In this document: one piece after another, positions 37,116 to 47,148 of the stretch
Layout: each line of letters starts with the position of its first letter
How positions within the stretch are numbered: the first letter of the stretch is position 1
NCBI GenBank assembly: GCA_964651295.1
Contig: CAZYYV010000001.1
Coordinates: 1-63,409 of the forward strand
DNA length: 63,409 nucleotides
DNA from: an uncultured Bacteroides sp.
Lineage (GTDB): Bacteria; Bacteroidota; Bacteroidia; Bacteroidales; Muribaculaceae
Direction: 5' to 3'
Position numbers and translations under genes: made by a program
The notes under the pieces: model-generated
The model's input: only the letters and a program-made list of their open reading frames with translations
The model's database searches: none
Told to the model about the DNA's origin: nothing

Positions 37116-38591
37116 TTACGCGAGTTTTCGCCCTCTGATGTATGCAAACACGTCTTTTTGTATCTTCGAACCAAAGAGGGTGTTGCCAATTATATAGAGG
37201 CTGATGCCGACAATGGCTTCGGCTCCGAGTTGGAACCATGGTGACTCAAACGCTTGGGATGCAATGTACATTATAGGCACAATGACGATAGTCTGTGTTA
37301 GGTATGGGAGCATATCAACGATAAATCGAATCAGAGGTATGTCTGTACGACGGGCTGTCGCGATGAGTGTTACAATCCAAGTGATGACGGCAACGGCAAT
37401 TTGTCCCCAAAGCATTATTTCAATGCCGTAGACGGGAGATTCTGGAGTGGCTAAGGTCATAAATGGGAATGTAATGGCAAGTGCTATTGCAGCAACGCTA
37501 TCGCGGATGATTTCCAATCGTACTATCGAACCACCATGCCCGAGGGCTAGGATATAGTTGTTATACAAAGATGTAAATACTACGAATAAGCCACGAAAGA
37601 GAAGTAGCTGGAAGATGATTATTGCTTGGTCCCACTTGGTGCCGAAGAGGGCGTGGAATATGGGTGTTGCCATAAGCATTAAGCCACCAAGAAATGGGAA
37701 TGCGATGTAGGATGTAAAGCGATTCATCTTTGATACCATCGCCGCAAATCGCTTGGCAGAGTCTTGCATTGCAGATAGCGCAGGTAAAAACGATGAGGTA
37801 AGCATCTGTGAGATAGATGTTATTCCCATTTTACTCCATTTATCTGCTTGAGTATAGTCGGCTAATACACCGAGGCTAACGAAGTGCCCGATTAAAATTG
37901 AGTAGATGTTAAGGAAGAGAGTGTTTAGGAAGGAGGTAAACATCATCTTCGATCCGATGCCGAAGTATGATTTAAGCGATGTCCATGAGAATTGAAAAAG
38001 CGGTCGCCAATGACTCGTTATCCAAAGTATCAGTGATTTGACTGCCGCCGTGGTTAAAGTTTGCCATACAATCGCCCACGCTCCGAATCCTGTTAGTGCG
38101 AGGGTGATGCCAACGATACCGCCTAGTGTAAGTCCGATAGAATTCGAGACTGCCACCATACGCACATCCATGCGTTTCATCAGACGATTGGTCTGCACGA
38201 TTGCTGATGCATTGAGGATTATGGCTAAGAAAAGTACTCGCGAAATTGGTATGAGTCGTTGGTCGCCCTGGAAAATATCAGCTATCCATGGCGCGCTCAC
38301 ATATAACAATCCGTAAAGAATTACAGCAAGGGCTATATTGAACCAAAGAACGGTTGAATAGTCGAGATGTGTGGGATTCTTGCGTTGGATTAAGGCATAT
38401 GAGAAACCACTATCAACTAGCAACGATGCAAATGCCTGAAAGACCAATGCGGCACCAACGATGCCAAAATCGACTCGAGGTAGCACTGCTGCGAGCACAA
38501 AACCAGTTACCGCATAGAGCACTTGCGTGCCTATGCGGTCGATAAGGTTCCACTTTAGGGAATCTGCAGTTTTGGTCTTGAGGTCTTTCAG
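37116..38591 (-). CDS. Wzx/WzxC-type polysaccharide flippase
   Basis: DFGIVG, DSGFSYALIQ, GFGAWAIVWQ; frame open upstream of the GTG to CTG 38591 giving LKDLKTKTADSLKWN. Confidence 0.88.
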   Translation of the reverse strand: MKDLKTKTADSLKWNLIDRIGTQVLYAVTGFVLAAVLPRVDFGIVGAALVFQAFASLLVDSGFSYALIQRKNPTHLDYSTVLWFNIALAVILYGLLYVSAPWIADIFQGDQRLIPISRVLFLAIILNASAIVQTNRLMKRMDVRMVAVSNSIGLTLGGIVGITLALTGFGAWAIVWQTLTTAAVKSLILWITSHWRPLFQFSWTSLKSYFGIGSKMMFTSFLNTLFLNIYSILIGHFVSLGVLADYTQADKWSKMGITSISQMLTSSFLPALSAMQDSAKRFAAMVSKMNRFTSYIAFPFLGGLMLMATPIFHALFGTKWDQAIIIFQLLLFRGLFVVFTSLYNNYILALGHGGSIVRLEIIRDSVAAIALAITFPFMTLATPESPVYGIEIMLWGQIAVAVITWIVTLIATARRTDIPLIRFIVDMLPYLTQTIVIVPIMYIASQAFESPWFQLGAEAIVGISLYIIGNTLFGSKIQKDVFAYIRGRKLA

Positions 38592-38644
38592 GATAGGTAT
38601 TTAGGTGAAATAGATTAGCGTATTATTGTTGCTTGGATATCCTG

Positions 38645-39379
38645 TTATTTCGTAGTTTTAGTCGCACGAGGACCTTCGCCGTTGATATATGCTTTTACGC
38701 CGATACTGCGGTTGGCAATCTTCTCGGGTTTATTGTGATAATATACTTTTCCGGATCCGGCACCGAATACTCGAAGTTGTTCGGTGGGTTTGCAGTCAAT
38801 ATCACCTGTGCCGAATACTAGGCACTTAACTTGAGTAGCGTTGAGGCCTGATGCATCGATAGGTCCGGTGCTCACGTTGCTTAAGGTTGCTTTTTCAGTG
38901 ATACCTTCTACATGTAAGCTGCCTTTGCCGGCGGTGATGCCGAAGTACGACGAGGTTGCGTTAATATTATATACTTCAATGCTGCCGTTACCAATTTGGC
39001 GCGCTTTGAAATTCTTAATGCAATTTTCTTTGTTGGCGTATATGCGAACGAGTGAGTCGCCACTATTTTCGAGTTTTGTGAGTTCTGCAGAATATACGCG
39101 TACACGAGGAAGGCCTTTGATAGGTTCTTCGTCGGCATCTGATTGGATGGTAAGGCGTCCGCCTTTGTTGTTAAAAGTAATGCAAGATGCAAGATTAGGT
39201 TCGCAAGAAAATACGATCAAACCGGCTGAGTCGGGTTGGCAGTAGTAATCTACGTTCACGCCATCGACAACGGTCAGCTCACTGAAGTTGCCAACGTTGA
39301 TCTTGTAGTCTGACAGCTGGGCAAAACTAGCCACTGTTGTGAGAACTGTAGTAATTAGGAATAGTATGAATCTCTTCAT
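38645..39379 (-). CDS. DUF2807/GIN-domain beta-helical secreted protein
   Basis: Signal peptide ending FA|Q; repeated G-S-G/G-x-G strand turns. Confidence 0.8.
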   Translation of the reverse strand: MKRFILFLITTVLTTVASFAQLSDYKINVGNFSELTVVDGVNVDYYCQPDSAGLIVFSCEPNLASCITFNNKGGRLTIQSDADEEPIKGLPRVRVYSAELTKLENSGDSLVRIYANKENCIKNFKARQIGNGSIEVYNINATSSYFGITAGKGSLHVEGITEKATLSNVSTGPIDASGLNATQVKCLVFGTGDIDCKPTEQLRVFGAGSGKVYYHNKPEKIANRSIGVKAYINGEGPRATKTTK

Positions 39380-39399
39380 CAGATTGTAAATTATATGTT

Positions 39400-40392
39400 T
39401 TAGTCTTGCATAGCGGGCAAGATGTCGTGTTCGATATGTGCGAGGATTGCTTCAAGGTCGTCGAGTGTTGAAGCCTGTAGCATTGCAATACGGGTTTGTC
39501 GAAAACTTGGGATGCTTTTGAAAAGCGGTGAGGCTGCTAAGTGTCGTCGAATATGTAGGATGCCTCGGTATTCGTCGATACGAGCTACACTTTCGTGAAT
39601 TTGGCGACGTAGAAGTGCAAATTTATCGGAAATGCTAATTTCTGGTATGGCACCTTGGCGCAGCAGACCTGTCATTTCACGGAATATCCATGGAGCTCCA
39701 ATCGATGCTCGCCCAACCATTACGCCATCGACATTATAACGATTGAAAGCATCGACAAGTTTCTCGGGTGTGGTGATATCGCCATTGCCAATAAGTGGAA
39801 GCTTAAAACGAGGATTGTCTTTGATGCGACTGATTTCAGTCCAATCGGCCTCGCCTGTGTACATCTGTGAACGAGTGCGACCATGTACTGTCAATGCGGA
39901 TATGCCGCAATCTTGAAGTTGCTCGGCTAGGTCTACTATGATTTTGGAGTTGCAGTCCCATCCGAGACGAGTTTTAACCGTTACAGGAATTTTTACTGCG
40001 TTAACCACTGCGCGAGTAATCTCGAGCATTTTAGGAATGTCGCGAAGCATTCCGGCTCCTGCTCCTTTGCCTGCAACTTTCTTAACTGGACAACCAAAGT
40101 TAATGTCGAGGATATCCGGTCCGGCTTCTTCGACTATTTTAGCAGCTTCGACCATTGGCTCCACTTCGCGTCCATAAATTTGGATAGCGGTCGGGCGTTC
40201 GGTAGGTTCGATATGAAGTTTGCGTGTAGTCGCGGCAATATTTCTAATAAGGGCATCGGCAGACACAAATTCGGTGTAAGTCATGTCGGCTCCTTGCTCC
40301 TTACATATAAGGCGGAATGAGCTATCCGTTACATCCTCCATCGGAGCAAGCATCACCGGTTTTTCGCCTAAATCTACGTTGCCTATCTTCAT
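39400..40392 (-). CDS. dusB: tRNA-dihydrouridine synthase B
   Basis: LAPMEDVTD, DINFGCP, VTVKTRLGW, VHGRTR, GNGDI. Confidence 0.95.
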   Translation of the reverse strand: MKIGNVDLGEKPVMLAPMEDVTDSSFRLICKEQGADMTYTEFVSADALIRNIAATTRKLHIEPTERPTAIQIYGREVEPMVEAAKIVEEAGPDILDINFGCPVKKVAGKGAGAGMLRDIPKMLEITRAVVNAVKIPVTVKTRLGWDCNSKIIVDLAEQLQDCGISALTVHGRTRSQMYTGEADWTEISRIKDNPRFKLPLIGNGDITTPEKLVDAFNRYNVDGVMVGRASIGAPWIFREMTGLLRQGAIPEISISDKFALLRRQIHESVARIDEYRGILHIRRHLAASPLFKSIPSFRQTRIAMLQASTLDDLEAILAHIEHDILPAMQD

Positions 40393-40585
40393 ATAATTGT
40401 ACCTTTTGCTAAAATTGACTGCAAATTTAACAAAAAATGCTCGTACTTATATATGTATTGCGAGAGATTAAGAATTTTTGACCTATTAATGCGCCAAAAA
40501 GGATAAAAACCGAATAGTAATAGATTTATATTATATTTAAAACTATATTTGCAGACTGACTTTTTGAGAGCGTCCAGGTAGGTAC

Positions 40586-40651
40586 AAAAAAAAATTACTC
40601 GTCGTCTCGACGAATAATCTTTTCACCTTAAATCTAATACCATGAAAAACT
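40586..40651 (-). ncRNA. Candidate ~65-nt sRNA
   Basis: TACCTTTG box (40663-40656), short body, hairpin attattcgtcg-aga-cgacgagtaat followed by a long U-run; no ORF. Confidence 0.55.
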
Positions 40652-40800
40652 GATGCAAAGGTATAACTTTTATGTTGTATAACATAATTATTGAGCAATA
40701 AAATGCAATGTATTAACATGATTTTACTAATGCAGTTAAAAATTCACAGATATTTACTAAGTCTATTATTGAATGCGTCCTCTAAGATAAATTTGCCAAT

Positions 40801-40985
40801 AATAAAGTGGACTATTCTGTAAGTCTTGATCCGAACCATCAAAGTGTTCGATTCGACTTACTGTTGGAATACTCGATTGAAGAAAGAATAAAGCTCAGTG
40901 AGGGAAAAATAGATTTATGATATGGTGTATTATTGCCTAATATATTGCACAAAAAAAGCTCCACAATCTATGATTGGGAGCTTTT
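40801..40985 (+). ncRNA. Candidate structured sRNA convergent with rplT (possible Bacteroidales-1 motif)
   Basis: TAAATTTG box at 40788-40795; interrupted stem gtaagtc/gacttac + cgaac/gttcg (40819-40861); ends at the bidirectional terminator. Confidence 0.45.
40951..40985. terminator. Bidirectional terminator after rplT
   Basis: aaaaaaagctcc.caatc-tat-gattgggagctttt. Confidence 0.8.
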
Positions 40986-41004
40986 GTGAGTTTAAGCGCT
41001 AAAG

Positions 41005-41355
41005 TTATGCGTTCTTCACTTTTTCAACTACAGCTGCGAAAGCTGCGGGGTTGTTGAGGGCGAGGTCAGCGAGGACTTTGCGGTTGATTTCGATGCCGCT
41101 TTTGTGGATAAGACCCATGAGCTTAGAGTAGCTGAGGTCGTGCATACGAGCTGCAGCGTTGATACGCTGAATCCAGAGGGCACGGAAAGTGTTCTTTTTG
41201 TCTTTACGGTCGCGGTATGCGTAGGTAAGACCTTTTTCCCAGGTGTTCTTAGCTACTGTCCATACATTACGGCGGCAGCCATAGTAGCCTCTTGTAAGTT
41301 TGAGGATTTTTTTGCGGCGTGCGCGCGATGCAACGTGGTTGACTGATCTAGGCAT
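41005..41355 (-). CDS. rplT: 50S ribosomal protein L20
   Basis: [32 protein letters not shown]. Confidence 0.99.
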   Translation of the reverse strand: MPRSVNHVASRARRKKILKLTRGYYGCRRNVWTVAKNTWEKGLTYAYRDRKDKKNTFRALWIQRINAAARMHDLSYSKLMGLIHKSGIEINRKVLADLALNNPAAFAAVVEKVKNA

Positions 41356-41476
41356 TGTTTCTAATGATTTTGAATGACAGCGTCAGCTTGTTTGCTGCTC
41401 TTTGGGCTGTACACTCGGTTAATAATAAAAATTATATAATCACGAATTAAGCTTGTCGACGTGTTCTTCGGGCAAA

Positions 41477-41674
41477 TTACTTCATGCCGAGAAGAGCCTT
41501 AACGTTAGCTGCGTCTACGCGAGCTACGAGACCTGCGTGGGTGAGGTTACGTTTTTGTTTTTTGGTCTTCTTGGTCAAGATGTGGCTCTTGAACGCGTGT
41601 TTTCTTTTGATCTTTCCTGATCCGGTAAGGGCGAACCTCTTTTTGGCACCGGAGTTAGTCTTAATCTTAGGCAT
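41477..41674 (-). CDS. rpmI: 50S ribosomal protein L35
   Basis: [20 protein letters not shown]. Confidence 0.99.
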   Translation of the reverse strand: MPKIKTNSGAKKRFALTGSGKIKRKHAFKSHILTKKTKKQKRNLTHAGLVARVDAANVKALLGMK

Positions 41675-41731
41675 TGTTTTGTTTGTTAATTGTTAATTCG
41701 AGTTGTATAATCGGTAGCCACACGTGGCTGA

Positions 41732-42340
41732 TTACTTCTTTTTGGGCGAGATCATGATGATCATGCGTTTGCCTTCGAGGAGCGGCATTTGCTCAACTTT
41801 GCCATAATCTTCAAGATCGTTAGCGAAGCGGAGGAGTAGAACCTCGCCTTGTTCTTTGAAGAGGATTGAGCGACCTTTAAAGAATACGTATGCCTTTACT
41901 TTGGCACCTTCTTGGAGGAAGCCCATGGCGTGCTTAAGCTTGAAGTTGTAGTCGTGGTCGTCGGTCTGAGGTCCGAATCGGATTTCTTTTACAACGACCT
42001 TGGTTGACTTAGCTTTGATTTCTTTAGCTTTTTTCTTCTGCTGATACAAATACTTCTGATAGTCGAGTATCTTGCATACAGGAGGTTCGGCATTGGGAGA
42101 AATCTCCACAAGGTCAAGCTCGAGCTCATCGGCTATGCTACGAGCCTCTTGAATGGGGTAAATGCCGGGAGTAACGTTATCGCCGACCAGACGCACTTCA
42201 CGAGCGCGGATATGCTCATTGATGTTGTTGGGGGCTTGTTTTTGTTGGCGTGGGTCGCGGCGCTGTTGCTGCTGCGGACGCTGGCCACCGGTATTTGCGG
42301 GGCGCTGGGCTCCGGGGTTATAGGGCGGTTTTTTATCCAT
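41732..42340 (-). CDS. infC: Translation initiation factor IF-3
   Basis: [38 protein letters not shown]. Confidence 0.98.
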   Translation of the reverse strand: MDKKPPYNPGAQRPANTGGQRPQQQQRRDPRQQKQAPNNINEHIRAREVRLVGDNVTPGIYPIQEARSIADELELDLVEISPNAEPPVCKILDYQKYLYQQKKKAKEIKAKSTKVVVKEIRFGPQTDDHDYNFKLKHAMGFLQEGAKVKAYVFFKGRSILFKEQGEVLLLRFANDLEDYGKVEQMPLLEGKRMIIMISPKKK

Positions 42341-42379
42341 TCAGGGTGCTTAGTGTAGCAGTTAAATTAATATTTAGGT

Positions 42380-44317
42380 TTATTGGTTAATCATATTATT
42401 GACCTCTTCAGTCAATAATTGTGCAAAGTTACTAATTTTCATCGAACCGAGATCACCTTCGCCGGTTTTTCTTACAGAAACTTCACCATTTTCTGCTTCT
42501 TTTTCGCCAACAACGAGCATATAGGGTACTCGTTTGAGCTGATTATCGCGAATTTTGCGGCCGAGTGTTTCGTTTCTGTCATCGATTGTGAGGCGAATGT
42601 CTGCAGCTTCAAGTTCTTCAGCTACTTTCTTCGCGTAATCGAGATATTTGTCGCTGACGGGGATGATTACTGCTTGTTCGGGTGCGAGCCAGAGGGGGAA
42701 ACGTCCGGCTGTGTGTTCGAGCAATACTGCTACGAAACGTTCCATCGAACCGAATGGTGCACGGTGAATCATCACGGGGCGATGTTTGGCATTGTCGCTA
42801 CCGGTGTATTCGAGTTCGAAGCGTTCGGGTAAGTTGTAGTCAACCTGGATTGTGCCAAGCTGCCAACGACGACCGATTGCATCTTTCACCATGAAGTCGA
42901 GTTTGGGACCGTAGAATGCTGCTTCGCCGAGTTCTGTGCGGGCGTTGATACCCTTCTCTGCACATGCTTCGATGATAGCTTGTTCGGCTTTGTGCCAATT
43001 TTCGTCGGTGCCGATGTATTTTTCTTTGTTATTGGGGTCGCGGAGTGAGATCTGAGCCTCATAGTTTTCAAACTTCAACGCTTTGAAGATGTAAAGGATG
43101 ATATCCATCACTTTGAGGAACTCGTCTTTAATCTGCTCGGGAGCACAATAGATGTGTGCGTCATCCTGCGTAAAGCCTCGAACTCGGGTCAAGCCGTGGA
43201 GTTCACCACTCTGTTCGTAGCGATATACTGTACCGAATTCTGCAAGTCGGAGTGGAAGATCGCGATATGAGCGGGGAAGTGCACGGAAGATTTCGCAGTG
43301 GTGAGGGCAGTTCATTGGTTTGAGGAGGTATTCCTCACCTTCTTCGGGGGTATGAATGGGTTGGAATGAATCCTTGCCATATTTTGCATAGTGGCCCGAA
43401 GTAACGTAGAGCTGCTTGTTACCGATATGTGGAGTGATTACCTGCTGGTAACCATATTTCTTCTGAATTTTGCGAAGGAATTGTTCGAGACGATCGCGGA
43501 GAGCAGCGCCTTTGGGAAGCCAAAGAGGAAGACCTGCACCTACCTTAGTAGAGAATGCAAAGAGTTCCATTTCTTTACCAAGTTTACGGTGGTCGCGTTT
43601 TTTAGCTTCTTCGAGGAGCGCGAGGTATTCGTCAAGCATAGCTTTCTTGGGGAAAGTAATGCCATAAACACGTACGAGCTGATTGCGCTTTTCGTCACCG
43701 CGCCAGTAAGCACCTGCAAGACTCATGATTTTTGCGGCCTTGATAGGAGCGGTGGAGGGGATGTGCGGGCCACGGCAGAGATCGGTGAATGAACCCTGTG
43801 TGTATGTGGTGATGTGGCCATCTTCAAGCTCGGAGATAAGTTCACACTTATATTCTTCGTTACGTTCTCCGAACAGTTTCAAAGCATCTGCTTTGCTGAT
43901 ATCGGCGCGAACAATCTGTTGGTCTTGTTTCGCAAGTTCAAGCATCTTGGCTTCGATTTTGCCAAAATCGTCAGATGTGAGCTTGTTTTTACCCGGATCG
44001 ATGTCGTAGTAAAAACCGTTTTCGATAGCCGGACCGATGCCGAATTTCACACCGGGATAGAGTTCTTGGAGCGCTTCTGCAAGAAGGTGAGCCGAACTGT
44101 GCCAGAAAGCATGTTTGCCTTCAGCATCTTCCCACTTGAAAAGTTTGATAGTTGCATCGGTGTCGACGGGGCGAGTGAGATCCCACTCCTGATCGTTGAT
44201 CGAAGCGGTGAGAACCTCGCGAGCGAGGCGGGGAGATATGGATTGTGCAATCTGAAGTGGAGTAACTCCTGCTTCAAATTCCTTTACACTATTATCGGGA
44301 AATGTGATCTTTATCAT
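42380..44317 (-). CDS. thrS: Threonine--tRNA ligase
   Basis: MIKITFPD start at 44317; [36 protein letters not shown]. Confidence 0.98.
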   Translation of the reverse strand: MIKITFPDNSVKEFEAGVTPLQIAQSISPRLAREVLTASINDQEWDLTRPVDTDATIKLFKWEDAEGKHAFWHSSAHLLAEALQELYPGVKFGIGPAIENGFYYDIDPGKNKLTSDDFGKIEAKMLELAKQDQQIVRADISKADALKLFGERNEEYKCELISELEDGHITTYTQGSFTDLCRGPHIPSTAPIKAAKIMSLAGAYWRGDEKRNQLVRVYGITFPKKAMLDEYLALLEEAKKRDHRKLGKEMELFAFSTKVGAGLPLWLPKGAALRDRLEQFLRKIQKKYGYQQVITPHIGNKQLYVTSGHYAKYGKDSFQPIHTPEEGEEYLLKPMNCPHHCEIFRALPRSYRDLPLRLAEFGTVYRYEQSGELHGLTRVRGFTQDDAHIYCAPEQIKDEFLKVMDIILYIFKALKFENYEAQISLRDPNNKEKYIGTDENWHKAEQAIIEACAEKGINARTELGEAAFYGPKLDFMVKDAIGRRWQLGTIQVDYNLPERFELEYTGSDNAKHRPVMIHRAPFGSMERFVAVLLEHTAGRFPLWLAPEQAVIIPVSDKYLDYAKKVAEELEAADIRLTIDDRNETLGRKIRDNQLKRVPYMLVVGEKEAENGEVSVRKTGEGDLGSMKISNFAQLLTEEVNNMINQ

Positions 44318-44541
44318 ATCTATTTCTTTAACAATCAGCCCCACCGTCTTTTTGTGTTTAGAGGGCGGGCCCAAAAACAGCCGCAAAGATACGAAAAAGT
44401 TTTCGATTACACTAATATTCATGCTTTTATTTTGTTATTTTTATTTCGTTAACTCAAAATTTGAATGCTTAATGCTATTTATCTCGGTGTTTTCACTGAA
44501 ATTTTGTATTTTTGCGCTTTAAATTAATCAGTCAATAAGCT

Positions 44542-45696
44542 GTGAATACTCCTAAAAGAATAGCAGTGCTTGGTGCTACCGGTTCAATCGGTCGCCAAGC
44601 GCTCGATATAATTGCCGCTCATCCTGAGCGTTATAGTGCTACGGTTCTAGCTGCCGGACGTCGTGTCGACGACCTAATTGCGCTGGCATCGCAGTTTCGT
44701 CCACGTATTGCAATTATTGCTCACGAAGATTTGTTGCCAAAGTTACGTTCAGCTCTCGAACCGCTTGGTATTGCTACTGCTGCCGGAGCTGATGCTCTTG
44801 CGCAGTGTGTTGAAGCCGATGATGTCGATATGGTGCTAACCGCAACGGTTGGCTATAGTGGTCTTGCTCCCACTGTTCGAGCTATTAAAGCAGGCAAAGA
44901 TATTGCTTTAGCAAACAAGGAAACGCTTGTTGTAGCCGGAGACCTCGTTAATCGCCTTCTTAAAGAGTCTAAGTCGCGAATATTTCCAGTCGACTCCGAA
45001 CATTCAGCTATTGCTCAATGCCTTCAGGGAGAGAATCCTACTAGTGTTGAACGCCTTCTTATTACCGCTTCCGGTGGGCCGTTCCGCACTTGGGCTCCGG
45101 AGAAAATAGCAATGGCTACCGCTGCTGATGCACTCCGTCACCCCAACTGGAATATGGGCGCAAAGATTACCATCGACTCCGCTACGATGCTTAATAAAGC
45201 TTTCGAAATCATCGAGGCTCATCATCTATTTGGCATTGCACCCGATCGTATTGAAGCTGTAGTTCATCCTCAGTCGATAGTTCACTCGATGGTGGAATTT
45301 ACAGATGGCGCAGTTAAAGCTCAGCTCGGAGTGCCTGATATGCACTTGCCAATCGCCTTTGCACTCGGCGAACATACTCGATTAGCCGGAGTTTCAGGAC
45401 GTTTGCGTCTTGAAGACTACGCTAACCTTACATTTGAGAAGCCTGATGTTGAACGTTTTCCCTGTCTAGGCTTTGCACATTATTGTCTTCGTACGGGTGG
45501 TACAGCTGCTTGTGCTGTGAATGCGGCTAATGAAATTGCCGTGGCTTCGTTTCTTGCAGGCAATATTAAATTTATTGACATCTATCGTATTATCGAACAA
45601 ACACTTTCGTCTACTACATTTATTGCACATCCCGAGTATGACGACTATGTAGCAGTCAATGCCGAGGCTCGCCGTCGTGCAGCTGAAATGTGTTGA
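44542..45696 (+). CDS. dxr: 1-deoxy-D-xylulose-5-phosphate reductoisomerase
   Basis: LGATGSIG, LANKE, PVDSEH, TASGGPF, HPNWNMG. Confidence 0.98.
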   Translation: MNTPKRIAVLGATGSIGRQALDIIAAHPERYSATVLAAGRRVDDLIALASQFRPRIAIIAHEDLLPKLRSALEPLGIATAAGADALAQCVEADDVDMVLTATVGYSGLAPTVRAIKAGKDIALANKETLVVAGDLVNRLLKESKSRIFPVDSEHSAIAQCLQGENPTSVERLLITASGGPFRTWAPEKIAMATAADALRHPNWNMGAKITIDSATMLNKAFEIIEAHHLFGIAPDRIEAVVHPQSIVHSMVEFTDGAVKAQLGVPDMHLPIAFALGEHTRLAGVSGRLRLEDYANLTFEKPDVERFPCLGFAHYCLRTGGTAACAVNAANEIAVASFLAGNIKFIDIYRIIEQTLSSTTFIAHPEYDDYVAVNAEARRRAAEMC

Positions 45697-45717
45697 TTGC
45701 ATAATTAACTAATAACA

Positions 45718-47148
45718 ATGGAAATAGCTATTAAAGCCGCCCAACTCGTCCTCGCTCTTGTACTTCTTGTTACGGTGCACGAATTCGGGCACTATATCTT
45801 CGCTCGAATTTTCGGTGTGAAGGTTAACAGATTCTATCTTTTCTTCAATCCTCAAGCGTCTATACTTCGTTATGACCCGATGAAAGGGACTCTCGATGTT
45901 TTTGCACGAAATGGTAAACCTGGGCTCATTACTCTTAAAGTTGGTAAGGAGCGTCAACCGCTCGCAAATGGCAAGACTTCATGGCGTGATACTATTTATG
46001 GTCTAGGTTGGTTGCCTCTCGGTGGCTATTGCGATATTGCTGGTATGGTTGACGAAACAAAAGATGCCTCTCAGCTCGAATCAGAACCTCAACCATGGGA
46101 ATTTCGTAGTAAGCCGGCTTGGCAACGTCTATGCGTAATGATTGCAGGTGTTACTTTCAATTTCTTTCTAGCTGTTATCATATATATAGGTATAGCTTTC
46201 CATTGGGGCGATGACGTCGTTCCTTTCCAAGCGATGACCGAAGGTATGGATTTTAGTGAAGAGTTTCAAGCTGCCGGATTTCAAAATGGCGATATTCTTT
46301 TTAGTCTTGATGGCGAACCTCTCGACGCTACCGATTATTCGTTGGCATGGGATATGATTCAACCCGGTGCTCGTATTGGAGTGATTCGTGAAGGCGACAC
46401 TACAGAAGTGGTTGTGTCAGACCAACTCGTACGTCAGATTGCCACCAAGGGCAAAGACTTTGTGCCTATGAGTGCTCGTGTGCCCGTATATGTAGCTAAA
46501 GCCATGAATGGCGATCCTGCTGCAGCTGCAGGTATTGCTGCCGGTGATCGTATACTCACCGTTGGTAACGACACTGTGCCTACTATCACTGAGTTCTTGC
46601 CCGCGCTACAAGCTCATAAAGGCGAGACTGTGCCGATGCGACTCGTTCGAGCCGCCGGTGGTGAAGAAGTTGTGAATGTCGCAATCTCTGATGGCGGTAA
46701 AATTGGTATTCAGATGCTTTCTCCGCTCGAAATTTTCGATCGTCAGCGCATTAATTACACCTTCATAGAGTCGATCCCTCGTGGTTGGGAAATTGGTGTC
46801 GATCGATTGGTAAGCTATGTATCTTCGCTCAAATTAGTATTCACCAAAGAAGGAGCTCAGAGTCTTGGTGGCTTTGGTACACTTGGCGATCTCTTCCCGG
46901 CAAGTTGGAATTGGTTCTCATTCTGGCAGATTTCCGCATTCCTTTCGGTTATTCTTGCATTTATGAATATTATCCCCATTCCTGCTCTTGATGGCGGATA
47001 TACATTATTCCTTCTTGTAGAGATGATTACTCGTCGCAAACCAAGTGATCGCTTCCTAGAAGTAGTCAACACTTGCGGCTTTTTTATATTACTCCTCCTG
47101 TTGGTTTATGCCAACGGAAACGACATCTACCGTTTCTTTATTAAATGA
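45718..47148 (+). CDS. rseP: RIP metalloprotease RseP
   Basis: HEFGH, PDZ region, NIIPIPALDGG; follows dxr. Confidence 0.95.
   Translation: MEIAIKAAQLVLALVLLVTVHEFGHYIFARIFGVKVNRFYLFFNPQASILRYDPMKGTLDVFARNGKPGLITLKVGKERQPLANGKTSWRDTIYGLGWLPLGGYCDIAGMVDETKDASQLESEPQPWEFRSKPAWQRLCVMIAGVTFNFFLAVIIYIGIAFHWGDDVVPFQAMTEGMDFSEEFQAAGFQNGDILFSLDGEPLDATDYSLAWDMIQPGARIGVIREGDTTEVVVSDQLVRQIATKGKDFVPMSARVPVYVAKAMNGDPAAAAGIAAGDRILTVGNDTVPTITEFLPALQAHKGETVPMRLVRAAGGEEVVNVAISDGGKIGIQMLSPLEIFDRQRINYTFIESIPRGWEIGVDRLVSYVSSLKLVFTKEGAQSLGGFGTLGDLFPASWNWFSFWQISAFLSVILAFMNIIPIPALDGGYTLFLLVEMITRRKPSDRFLEVVNTCGFFILLLLLVYANGNDIYRFFIK

Noticed and set aside
40801-40920. Short open frame NKVDYSVSLDPN...KIDL as a gene remnant
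   Set aside because: No recognisable motif; the promoter box and hairpin fit a non-coding RNA better
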